A stretch of DNA of 52,665 nt from an uncultured Brevundimonas sp. (GTDB lineage Bacteria; Pseudomonadota; Alphaproteobacteria; Caulobacterales; Caulobacteraceae). The notes under the pieces are model-generated. The model had not been told where the DNA came from. It did not search any database and saw only the letters and a list, made by a program, of their open reading frames with translations. How positions within the stretch are numbered: position 1 is the stretch's first letter; the number at the start of each line of letters is the position of its first letter. Positions 9,206-17,450 of this stretch are shown piece by piece. The position numbers and the translations under genes were made by a program. The stretch is from NCBI GenBank assembly GCA_964527675.1, contig CAZGPS010000001.1:1-52665 (forward strand), given 5' to 3'.

Positions 9206-11221
9206 ATGACTGCTCAATCCACCCAGACCGCCCCGACGGAGGCGACCGCGCCGCAGCACGGCGCGGAACTGATCGTGCCGCTCAACCGGCTCAAGGCCTC
9301 GCCGAGAAATGCGAGGAAGACCCCGCACAGCGCGGCGACCATCGAGGCCTTCGCGGCCTCCATCAGGGCCAAGGGGGTGTTGCAGCCGCCCGTGGTCGAG
9401 ATCGAGCGGGACGGGGAGGGCGCGCCGACCGGGAACTACCTCGTCACCATCGGCGAGGGGCGCCGTCAGGGCCTGCGGCTGCTGGCCAAGCGCAAGCAGA
9501 TCAAGCGGACCCATCCGGTGCGGGTCATCGTGGACGCCGAGAACGACGCCCACGAGATCAGCCTCGACGAGAACATGACCCGCGAGGCCATGCACCCCGC
9601 CGACCAGTTCGAGGCCTTCCAGCGGCTGGCCGTGGAAAAGAGCTATGGGCCGGAGGAGATCGGCGCCCGGTTCGGGGTGTCGGCCCATGTGGTGCGCCAG
9701 CGGCTGCGGCTCGGGTCGGCGGCGCCGGAGTTGATGGCCGCTTATCGGGAGGGCGCCCTGGCGCTCGACCAACTGACCGCCTTCTGCGTCAGCGAGGACC
9801 GGGCGCGTCAGCGGCAGGTGCTGGAGCAGATCGGCCCCCACACCCCGGCCTACGCCATCCGCCGCGCCATGACCGAGGCCAAGGTCCGCGTCGATGACCG
9901 GCGCGTCCGCTTCGTCGGCGTCGAGGCCTATGAGGCCGAAGGCGGCGGAATTCTCCGCGATCTGTTCACCGAGGACGGCGGCGGCTGGCTGGAGGACGTG
10001 GTCCTGCTGGACCGGCTGGTCGGCGACAAGCTGGCCGGACTGGCCGACGAGGCCCGCGAGCGCGAGGACTGGACATGGGCCGAGGCCGTTCTCGACTATC
10101 CGGACCTGTCCGGGTTCGGGCGGGTCTATCCGGTGGCGGTCGAACGCTCGGAGGCGGACGCCGCCGAAATCGCGGCGCTGTCGGAGGAATACGACCGTCT
10201 CGTCTCCGAAACCGACGCGGCGGAGATGCTGCCGCCCGAGGTGGACGCCCGGCTGGAGGAGATCGACAAGGCCTTGCAGGCCTTCGGCCCGGACTTCGAC
10301 TACGCCGCCGAGGCCAGGGCGCGGGCCGGGGTCATGGTCATGCTCGGCCATGACGGTCTGGCCCGCTTCGAGCGCGGGCTGGTGCGGGCCGAGGATGCGG
10401 TCGCGGTCGCGGCACCGCCGCCGCCGTTCGAGGCGGACGTCGCGGAGGACGGGGAGCAGGCCGGGACGGAGAACGGGCCGGGCGCATCCGAGGACGACGC
10501 GGGATCGGCCCTGTCGGATCGTCTGCTCATCGACCTGACGGCCCACAAGACCATGGGTCTGCGCGACGCGGTGCAGGCCGATGTGAATGCGGCGCTGGCG
10601 ACGGTGGTCCACGCGCTCGCCCTGCAGGTCTTCTATCCGGGCTACGGGGTCTGGACGCCGTTGCAGCTTCGGCTGACGACGACCGGGCTGGAGCGGCTGG
10701 CGCCGGGGGTGGACGATGGCCCCGCCGGACGCCGGGTCAGCGACCGGTGCGAGGCGTGGGGCGCGCGCCTGCCCGAGCGCCCTGAAAACCTCTGGGGCGT
10801 GGTGGCCGCCTTGCCGCCTTCGGAGCAGCTGGACCTGATGGCCTGTTGCGCCGGGGTCGGCCTCTACGCCGTGCGCGATCCGCACGACCGGCGGCCCGGC
10901 GCCTTGGCGCAGGCCGAGACGCTGGCGACGGCGGTCGGCCTCGACATGGCCGGGACTTGGACGGCGACGGCGGCCAGCTACTTCACCCGCGTGTCCAAGG
11001 CGCGGGTGTTGGAGGCGGTGACCGAGGCCGTGAATCCGGACGAAGCGGGCCGGATCGCCGGGTTCAAGAAGGCGGACATGGCCGAAGCCGCCGAGCGGCT
11101 GTTGGAGGGGAAGGGATGGCTGCCCGTTCCGCTGCGAACGGTGTCGGATGCGGCGGAGCCGGAGGATCAGGGCGCGGACGAACCGCGTGACGACGACGCC
11201 TATTCGTTCGCCGCAGAATAG
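9206..11221 (+). CDS. ParB/RepB/Spo0J-family protein of the conjugative-element leading region
   Basis: AAGGAGG RBS; ParB N-domain (SIRAKGVLQP, GEGRR, SLDEN..RE.MHPADQ), HTH, long C-terminus with YFTRVSK and KKADMA..AE..L.G.GWLP. Confidence 0.88.
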   Translation: MTAQSTQTAPTEATAPQHGAELIVPLNRLKASPRNARKTPHSAATIEAFAASIRAKGVLQPPVVEIERDGEGAPTGNYLVTIGEGRRQGLRLLAKRKQIKRTHPVRVIVDAENDAHEISLDENMTREAMHPADQFEAFQRLAVEKSYGPEEIGARFGVSAHVVRQRLRLGSAAPELMAAYREGALALDQLTAFCVSEDRARQRQVLEQIGPHTPAYAIRRAMTEAKVRVDDRRVRFVGVEAYEAEGGGILRDLFTEDGGGWLEDVVLLDRLVGDKLAGLADEAREREDWTWAEAVLDYPDLSGFGRVYPVAVERSEADAAEIAALSEEYDRLVSETDAAEMLPPEVDARLEEIDKALQAFGPDFDYAAEARARAGVMVMLGHDGLARFERGLVRAEDAVAVAAPPPPFEADVAEDGEQAGTENGPGASEDDAGSALSDRLLIDLTAHKTMGLRDAVQADVNAALATVVHALALQVFYPGYGVWTPLQLRLTTTGLERLAPGVDDGPAGRRVSDRCEAWGARLPERPENLWGVVAALPPSEQLDLMACCAGVGLYAVRDPHDRRPGALAQAETLATAVGLDMAGTWTATAASYFTRVSKARVLEAVTEAVNPDEAGRIAGFKKADMAEAAERLLEGKGWLPVPLRTVSDAAEPEDQGADEPRDDDAYSFAAE

Positions 11222-11241
11222 CATCCTCGATACGAAAACTC

Positions 11242-11273
11242 GCCGCGCGCCCTTTGGGGGCGCGCGGCTTTTT
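11242..11273 (+). terminator. Rho-independent terminator after the ParB-like gene
   Basis: Stem GCCGCGCGCCC / GGGCGCGCGGC followed by TTTTT. Confidence 0.85.
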
Positions 11274-11374
11274 CGTGCGTGCGACGGTAGGGCACAGTGA
11301 CGACTGGACTTCGGCTTCTGACTCAGAGCAGACTTTCCAACCGTCCGGATTGAGACGTTGCAACCGGAATACCG

Positions 11375-12238
11375 CTAACAACTGAGAAGCGTGAGTCGCC
11401 CGGAGCTATCGATCTCGATCGGTGTGGACCAGTGATCAACCAGGATTGGTGTGGGGTCCTCCAAGAGCTCGGGCGTGCAATACACCTCCGCCCTAAGGTC
11501 GCTGAGAAACAGGCAGATCGGCGCCATGAGCGGCTTGCCCAGTTCATGGAAGACCAGATCGACCTTCACCTCCAGCCAGCGATCACGATTGGCGAAGCCC
11601 GCAAAGAGGCGCGCGTGGGAACCGTTGTCCAAGAGTATCGAAGAACCATGCATGGCGGTGATCGCGTGCAAGATCAGGAAGGCGCGCGCGGCGGCGAACT
11701 GTTCAACGTCGTCGGTCCCCATAAGGTCGTGCTGAACCAGAAGCTCGGTCAGTTCCCGATGCAACTGGTCACCCGAGAATGCCGGCCGCCAGACGAACCG
11801 GTTGCCGAAGAAGCTGAACGCCGCCCATTCGGATTCCGCAACTTCCTTCTTCGCCCGAACCTTGACGATCGCCCGCTTCAGGCGCGTAGCCGCCATCTGG
11901 CGAGACGACCCCAATCCCGCTCGAATCTGAGCATCGCTGGCGAGGCGCAGATTGGCCTCAGCCGCGCGGATGAAGTCGTTCGGTCCGACGTCGAGCCGAC
12001 GCAGGGTCAGGCTCCAAACATCGAAACTGGTGAACACGTCGCGGCCGACCTGGGTGATCAGCCCCTTTTCCCGCCGATCGCGGTGCGCGATGAAGTCACC
12101 GATCTCAAGCACTGCGGGGCAGCGTCGGGCGCGATCGCGCAGGCCGAGATAGAGACGATCGAGATCGTCAGTCCTACGTCCGCCTTGCAGCAGGCGCCGG
12201 ACCCGCATCCGGAGGTCTTCGTCCGCCAGGGTCGTCAT
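11375..12238 (-). CDS. Hypothetical protein (287 aa) translationally coupled to the cyclase gene
   Basis: ATG 12238 overlaps the cyclase TGA (ATGA); globular composition; no domain recognised. Confidence 0.7.
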   Translation of the reverse strand: MTTLADEDLRMRVRRLLQGGRRTDDLDRLYLGLRDRARRCPAVLEIGDFIAHRDRREKGLITQVGRDVFTSFDVWSLTLRRLDVGPNDFIRAAEANLRLASDAQIRAGLGSSRQMAATRLKRAIVKVRAKKEVAESEWAAFSFFGNRFVWRPAFSGDQLHRELTELLVQHDLMGTDDVEQFAAARAFLILHAITAMHGSSILLDNGSHARLFAGFANRDRWLEVKVDLVFHELGKPLMAPICLFLSDLRAEVYCTPELLEDPTPILVDHWSTPIEIDSSGRLTLLSC

Positions 12239-12870
12239 ATCAGGGGCAGCCACCATCGGGTGCAAATGACGTGAGGCAGGGGCACGCCGGCCGGCCGTAG
12301 GATGTCCCAGATCACCTGCGGCGTGTTCGGCGCATAGAGCAGTTGGGGCGGAAGGGTTTGGAACACCTCCTCGGAAACGAACACCGAATACTGACCCTCC
12401 CGGATGTTGCTGAGTTTTGCGGCCACGTTCGGCGCTCGACCGATCCAGACAAGGTCGTTGTGAGCCCTGATCCCGCCCCGCACGACGCTGACCTCGCCGC
12501 AGTCAATCCCGACGGCCTGACCCAAGCGATAGCCGCCGGTGACGAACATCGGATAGTGCGACTGGAACAGCGGGACGAGGACATTGGCGAACGTCCAACT
12601 GATCTCCATCCCGGCCGAGACCGCGCGGAAGTTGGAATCACCGCCCACGAACACCGCCATGATGCGATCCCCGTCGAAGCTGCGGATCTCGCCGCCGCGT
12701 CCGACGATCAGGCGTGCGCATAGCGCCAGATAGGCTCGAAACAGACGGGCTGACGCCTCCCGGTTGGCCATCGCGATGACGGTCGAATCCGCCAAGTCCG
12801 CGTAGAGCATAGTCGCATACATATCGACCCGTCCGCCGTTCAATGCGACGGAGTCGGTGGAGGGTAGGGC
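12235..12870 (-). pseudogene. Class III nucleotide cyclase, PycC (Pycsar)-like; 5' end apparently deleted
   Basis: LYADLADST, SFDGDRIMAVF, GID, GIR..NDLVWIGRAPNVAAKLS; similarity continues upstream (LPSTDSVALNGG) to about 12870 with no proper start. Confidence 0.7.
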
Positions 12871-13469
12871 ATGAACTGGATCAGCAGGTGCACACTGGCT
12901 GGGGCATGTTCCATGTCTTCGACGGCCCGATCGGGCCGCGCTCCAAGACCGATCAGCGCTTGGACGATGGAGATCTCGAGTTCCTCGAGATGAACTTACT
13001 CGAACAGGACAGCACGGTCGGCATGACGGACCTATGGCGTGTCACGGCCTCGGGCTTGGCCAGCATCCAGCGCGGCTATATCGAGGATACTCATTGGTGG
13101 AAGGACATACCTCCTGGCCAAGTGTTCAGTCCCAACCAGATGGCCATGTCGGTGACAGAACTAGTCCGGCATGCGTCCCTGTTCGCGCGCGAGTTCGGTG
13201 AAGCGACCCAAGTCCATTTCCGCTGCGAGTGGCGGGGATTGAAGGGGCGACAGCTCCACGATTTTCATCATCCGTGGATGTTCAGCGGCCATCCGGCCGA
13301 GGACGATGAGCGTCGGTCGCGCACGAGCGCCACGATCGGCGCCTTGGAGACGAGTTGGGCCCAGGTCGCCGCTGAACTGGCCGGACCGGTGGCTCGGGCC
13401 TTTGGGATCGGCCATGTCGTGACGCCAGCCTGGTTCACCGGTCAAAGCGCGGCTTGGGTTCGGCGATGA
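12870..13469 (+). pseudogene. C-terminal fragment of a larger protein (resembles the C-terminus of AlbA_2/Schlafen-type proteins)
   Basis: TGWGMF, DLWRV, ELVRHA, FRCEWRGL motifs; no RBS or promoter space, abuts the divergent cyclase fragment; family call from memory. Confidence 0.45.
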
Positions 13470-13482
13470 CCCTCTCGCGGTG

Positions 13483-13767
13483 TCAGTGCAGCACTTCACC
13501 GCCGACCGGATCGACCTGACGCAGCTGCCCGGCCGCGTCCTGGACGAAGACTTCGACCCGCTCGCCCTTGTCGATCAGCGTCGTGGCTTTCACAAGTGCG
13601 GACTCGATGGCGTCGACGCTGAAATCGAAACGCCCCGAGTTCTTGCCGTTGCGGAGAACCCGCCAGTCGCCCTCGCCGCGGATCACCGTGAACTGGATGG
13701 CCGCTGCGTGTGTCGCCAAGGGATCGTTCCTTGCCTTGCCGCCCAGGACGCGAGCGGTCACGCTCAA
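13483..13767 (-). CDS. Small hypothetical protein
   Basis: 94-aa ORF with protein-like composition, downstream of a LexA box; start uncertain. Confidence 0.55.
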   Translation of the reverse strand: MSVTARVLGGKARNDPLATHAAAIQFTVIRGEGDWRVLRNGKNSGRFDFSVDAIESALVKATTLIDKGERVEVFVQDAAGQLRQVDPVGGEVLH

Positions 13768-13831
13768 ACTACAGGGCTTCCGAAGCCGAGTTCAACCGCC
13801 GCCGTCTATCTGATCTGTTTCCACAGGAGCA

Positions 13832-13846
13832 GAACATAACAAGAAC
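13832..13846. promoter_or_regulatory. Alphaproteobacterial LexA (SOS) box
   Basis: GAAC-ataacaa-GAAC in an AT-richer divergent intergenic region. Confidence 0.8.
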
Positions 13847-13916
13847 ATTCTCCTTGTCTGGATAGGCTCGCGCCCCTAGACGGACCCGCGGGTCGGTTGG
13901 CTGACGGGAGCGAGCC

Positions 13917-14189
13917 GTGAGAGAACGGGAAGCGCGGACGCCACGCGAAGACATTGTCCCCGCCGTCGGGCGGCGTCTGGTCGTTCGCTGCGACGCGCCG
14001 GCCTGTGGTCGCGCCGCGCTGCTGGACCCGCGCGCCCTGTTCGGTGCGACGAAGCACTGGCCTGTGGCAGGCCGGTCGTATCGGTTCCGGTGCCAGTGCG
14101 GGCATCGGGTCGCTCAGGTGTCCTACACGAACAACGCCGATCAGGCGGAGGGGCCGATCTCGCTGGCGGCGCTGGGGCTCTGGTTCTAG
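13917..14189 (+). CDS. Small Cys-cluster (zinc-ribbon-like) hypothetical protein
   Basis: CDAPAC...FRCQCG; GGAG RBS before GTG. Confidence 0.6.
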   Translation: MREREARTPREDIVPAVGRRLVVRCDAPACGRAALLDPRALFGATKHWPVAGRSYRFRCQCGHRVAQVSYTNNADQAEGPISLAALGLWF

Positions 14190-14190
14190 G

Positions 14191-14556
14191 ATGCACAGAC
14201 CTGTCGGGCCGCCGGCTCCGCCGCGTCTGGTCACGATCCAGGCCGCCCGGCGTCAGGCGGTGGTGTTGCGCATCGCCTGCGAACCGTGCGGTCGCATCCA
14301 GACTCTTGAGGGATCGACCCTGCCCGTGATGCCGCTCGCCGTTGCGCTGGGCGAACTCTGGCTCGCCGGACGGTTCCGGTGCGGATCCTGTCGGCGTCCT
14401 GCGTCCCGGCTTGAGGTCGTCGAACGCGGCCAGGTCCAGACGACGGTGGAACGGTGGGGCCTCGGCGAGCCCTTCGTGGCTGAGCGGCTGCGCCGGCATT
14501 GGCGGCATGACCCCTACGACCGGCGTGACTGGCCCGCGTGGTTCAGGCGGCGGTGA
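14191..14556 (+). CDS. Small CxxC...CxxC zinc-ribbon-like hypothetical protein
   Basis: CEPCG...FRCGSCR; ATG 1 nt after the previous stop. Confidence 0.6.
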   Translation: MHRPVGPPAPPRLVTIQAARRQAVVLRIACEPCGRIQTLEGSTLPVMPLAVALGELWLAGRFRCGSCRRPASRLEVVERGQVQTTVERWGLGEPFVAERLRRHWRHDPYDRRDWPAWFRRR

Positions 14557-14824
14557 CCAGCCGTCTCTCCTGCAGCAGGCCAGCCTTGCGCGGCCTCTCA
14601 ATGGCCTGATCTGACCGAAGCCCGTCCAGCTTCCGCAACCGCTCGCTCGATTTTCTTCCCCGGCCTGACGGCCTTCCTCGCGAGGCAAGAAAGTCGCTCT
14701 CCCGGTCCTTCGCTGCGCTGCGGGGTCTCGCCGTGCTCGACCTGCGGGCCGTCCGGTCTCCGGTCCGTCGATCGCCATCGAGGCCGCGGCAGGCGTGGCC
14801 CGACATCAGCAAGGAGAAACTTCA

Positions 14825-15121
14825 ATGGCCACCATCGGCACCTTCACCCAGCAAGCGGACGGCAGCTACAGCGGTTCGATCAAGACCCTGACCCTCAACG
14901 TCAAGGCGGCCCAGCTGCGGGCCAACGAGAAGACCGACGACAAGGCTCCCGACTTCCGCATCTTCTCCGGCCAGACCGAGTTCGGCGCCGCCTGGAAGAA
15001 GACGAGCCAGCAGAACCGCGACTACCTGTCGGTCAAGCTCGACGATCCCAGCTTCCCGGCGCCGATCTACGCCTCGCTGGTCGAGATCGAGGGCGGACAC
15101 AGCCTGATCTGGTCCCGCTGA
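14825..15121 (+). CDS. DUF736-family protein
   Basis: [48 protein letters not shown]. Confidence 0.9.
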   Translation: MATIGTFTQQADGSYSGSIKTLTLNVKAAQLRANEKTDDKAPDFRIFSGQTEFGAAWKKTSQQNRDYLSVKLDDPSFPAPIYASLVEIEGGHSLIWSR

Positions 15122-15128
15122 CCAAGCC

Positions 15129-15155
15129 GCGGCGGCGCTGAGGCAGCGCCGCCGC
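15129..15155 (+). other. GC-rich stem-loop between DUF736 and ardC
   Basis: 12-bp perfect stem GCGGCGGCGCTG-agg-CAGCGCCGCCGC. Confidence 0.7.
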
Positions 15156-15189
15156 CCCTTCTTCAAATCCCCATCCTGAGGAGGCCGCC

Positions 15190-16092
15190 ATGTCGCGCCC
15201 CAACGAACCCTCACGTCCCGACCTCTACAGCCGCATCACCCACCAAATCGTCGCCCAGCTCGAAACGGGCGTTCGGCCCTGGACCCGGCCCTGGGTCGTA
15301 TCCCAGAGCGTCAGCCGACCCCTCCGACACGACGGCACGCCTTACCGGGGCATCAACGTCGTCCTGCTGTGGGGCGAGGCCGCAGCCCGAGGCTTCCAGT
15401 CCTCCACCTGGATGACCTTCCGGCAGGCGCTGGCGTTGGACGCTCATGTCCGAAAGGGCGAAAAGGGCTCCACGGTCGTCTACGCCAATGCGTTGGTCCG
15501 CACCGACGAGGACGACACCCGGGAGGAGGCAACCCGGCGTATTCCGTTCCTGAAGGCCTACACCGTGTTCAACGTCGAACAGATCGAGGGTCTCCCGGCC
15601 TCGTACGCTCCGGCGCCCGCGCCGGTCGTGAACCTCGGTCAAAGGATCGCCCGAGCCGAAGCCTTCTTCGCCGCGACGGGCGCCGATGTTCGCCACGGCG
15701 GCGGCTGCGCCTTCTATGCGCCTGGACCGGACTTCGTGCAGATGCCGGTGTTCGAGAGCTTCCTTGACCCGGAAGCCTACTACGCCACCCTCGGCCATGA
15801 GTTGACGCACTGGACCCGGCATTCCAGCCGGCTCGATCGCGACCTCGGACGCCGTCGGCATGGAGACGACGCCTACGCCCGGGAGGAACTGGTGGCCGAA
15901 CTCGGCGCCGCCTTCCTCTGCGCCGACCTGGGGCTGGCCCTGGAGCCGCGCGAAGATCACGCCGCCTATCTCGCCTCATGGCTCGAGGCGCTGCGTCAGG
16001 ACAATCGGTTGATCTTCTCCGCCGCCGCCCACGCCCAGCGCGCGGTCGACTTTCTTCATGGGGCGGCCAAGTCTGCTGACCCGGAGACGTAA
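15190..16092 (+). CDS. ardC: ArdC antirestriction protein (ssDNA-binding plus zincin-like domain)
   Basis: LETGVRPWTRPW, YRGIN, WMTFRQA, VRKGEK, YTVFN, HELTHWT, YAREELVAE. Confidence 0.92.
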   Translation: MSRPNEPSRPDLYSRITHQIVAQLETGVRPWTRPWVVSQSVSRPLRHDGTPYRGINVVLLWGEAAARGFQSSTWMTFRQALALDAHVRKGEKGSTVVYANALVRTDEDDTREEATRRIPFLKAYTVFNVEQIEGLPASYAPAPAPVVNLGQRIARAEAFFAATGADVRHGGGCAFYAPGPDFVQMPVFESFLDPEAYYATLGHELTHWTRHSSRLDRDLGRRRHGDDAYAREELVAELGAAFLCADLGLALEPREDHAAYLASWLEALRQDNRLIFSAAAHAQRAVDFLHGAAKSADPET

Positions 16093-16101
16093 GGACGCAG
16101 G

Positions 16102-16131
16102 GGCGCGCGCCAGCCATGGCTGGCGCGCGCC
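16102..16131. repeat. Perfect 30-bp palindrome after ardC (terminator-like)
   Basis: GGCGCGCGCCAGCCA|TGGCTGGCGCGCGCC. Confidence 0.8.
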
Positions 16132-16177
16132 TCACCTGGGCTGTAACCTTGGCGCCTTGCTGGACGAATTGAGCTTG

Positions 16178-16510
16178 ATGATCGGACGTCGAACGACTGC
16201 GGCCTGGGCGCCGGCCATTCTGGCCGTGTTCGCCCTGCTGTTCGCGTCGAGTCCGGTCATGGCCTGGCAGACGCCGGCCGCGCCCATGGCGATGGCCATG
16301 GCGCCCGCCGACGACACCGGCTCGGACAGCCCCTGCGATCCCGTGAAGATGACCTGCGCCCGACTGTGCGCCGTGCTCTGCCACGGGCTCGTTCCAACGC
16401 CGGCCGCGATCGCCCACCTGACGCCCGCCGCCGGCCCTCGTCCCTGGTCGCCGGTCGATCCCCTCGCCGGGGTGGATCCGGAAGCGGAGGACCCGCCTCC
16501 TCGAGCCTGA
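16178..16510 (+). CDS. CutF/DUF2946-like leader protein (signal or TM, CxxxC, C-terminal PPPR)
   Basis: Hydrophobic N-terminus, Met-rich stretch, CARLCAVLCH, ends PEAEDPPPRA. Confidence 0.7.
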   Translation: MIGRRTTAAWAPAILAVFALLFASSPVMAWQTPAAPMAMAMAPADDTGSDSPCDPVKMTCARLCAVLCHGLVPTPAAIAHLTPAAGPRPWSPVDPLAGVDPEAEDPPPRA

Positions 16511-16558
16511 TCTCCACCGACGATCCTTTCTCAAAAAACCGATCCATGGAGATCAACA

Positions 16559-16705
16559 ATGAAACGTGCTTTTTCGCTCGCGGCCCTCGTGCTGCTGACC
16601 TCGGCCTCGGCTGCCTTCGCGGCCGCGCCCGACTCGGTGGTCAAGGCCGCCGCTTCCTGCTGCGAGCTTCTCGCGGCCTGCTGTAACGGCGGACCCTGCT
16701 GCTGA
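16559..16705 (+). CDS. 48-aa secreted peptide with three Cys-Cys pairs (not in the ORF track)
   Basis: GGAG RBS; MKRAFSLAALVLLTSASAAFAAAPDSVVKAAASCCELLAACCNGGPCC*; followed by a hairpin. Confidence 0.75.
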   Translation: MKRAFSLAALVLLTSASAAFAAAPDSVVKAAASCCELLAACCNGGPCC

Positions 16706-16718
16706 TCCGCTGAAGAAG

Positions 16719-16744
16719 GACGCCCGCGCGAAAGCGCGGGCGTC
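16719..16744 (+). terminator. Stem-loop (probable terminator) after the Cys-rich peptide
   Basis: 11-bp stem GACGCCCGCGC-GAAA-GCGCGGGCGTC; no U-tract. Confidence 0.65.
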
Positions 16745-16880
16745 TGCCGGCGAAGACCTCATCCTTCTGATCCGTCCGGCTGGGGCGCCCATTGGGCGGT
16801 GGGCGAGCGGCCGTGGAGCGGACGCCGAGGGGAGGGCGGGCAGCACCGGAGGTCTACGGGGCGAGGGTGGTGACGGTCTA

Positions 16881-16892
16881 GGGCAGGATAGG
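16881..16892 (-). other. oriT nick site, IncP/T-DNA-border type
   Basis: Minus strand reads CCTATCCTG^CCC, matching the RP4 nic core (YATCCTG^Y), 36 bp upstream of mobC and the VirD2-like relaxase. Confidence 0.8.
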
Positions 16893-16928
16893 CTTTGCGC
16901 CGGCAATGTCTGACAAACCCGCTCTCCG

Positions 16929-17450
16929 ATGGACCGCATCACTCTTCGCCTCTCGCCCGATCTGATCCGCCGGTTCGACGCTGCCGCGGCCGGTCAGGGC
17001 GGACGCTCGCGGCTGTTGCGAAGGCTCATGGAAGCCGCCGCCCAAGCGCCCCTGCCGGCGCCGGAGCAAGCGCCGACCACGGCCAGGTCGGGCAAGCTGA
17101 CCCTGCGTCTGGGCGAAGCGGACCTGCGTCTCCTGGAGGTCGAGGCGGCCGCGATGGGCTTGTCGCGGACCCAGTGGAGCGCGGCGCTCATCCGTCGCCG
17201 TCTCCACGATCGGCCGCAGTTCAGCCGGCCCGAAGCTCTGGCCCTGATCGAGGTGCGCCGCGAACTGAGGCGGATCGGCGTGAACGTCAACCAGATCGCC
17301 CGGGCCCTGAACACCGCCGTGATGGACGGCCCGGTGCTGGATCTGGAGCTGGGTCAACTCGGCGCCTTCCAAGTGGAAATCTCGGCCTGGGTCGATGCGC
17401 TCGGCGAGGCCTTCGAGGGCAATCTCGCCTACTGGGCGCCGGCCTCGTGA
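16929..17450 (+). CDS. mobC: MobC-like relaxosome accessory protein (RHH)
   Basis: Two RHH-like segments (RITLRL, KLTLRL) and LRRIGVNVNQIARALN. Confidence 0.85.
   Translation: MDRITLRLSPDLIRRFDAAAAGQGGRSRLLRRLMEAAAQAPLPAPEQAPTTARSGKLTLRLGEADLRLLEVEAAAMGLSRTQWSAALIRRRLHDRPQFSRPEALALIEVRRELRRIGVNVNQIARALNTAVMDGPVLDLELGQLGAFQVEISAWVDALGEAFEGNLAYWAPAS

Noticed and set aside
16895..17446. N-terminal 184 aa of the 515-aa relaxase ORF
   Set aside because: Overlaps mobC in another frame and is low-complexity; relaxase motifs begin after GTG 17447.
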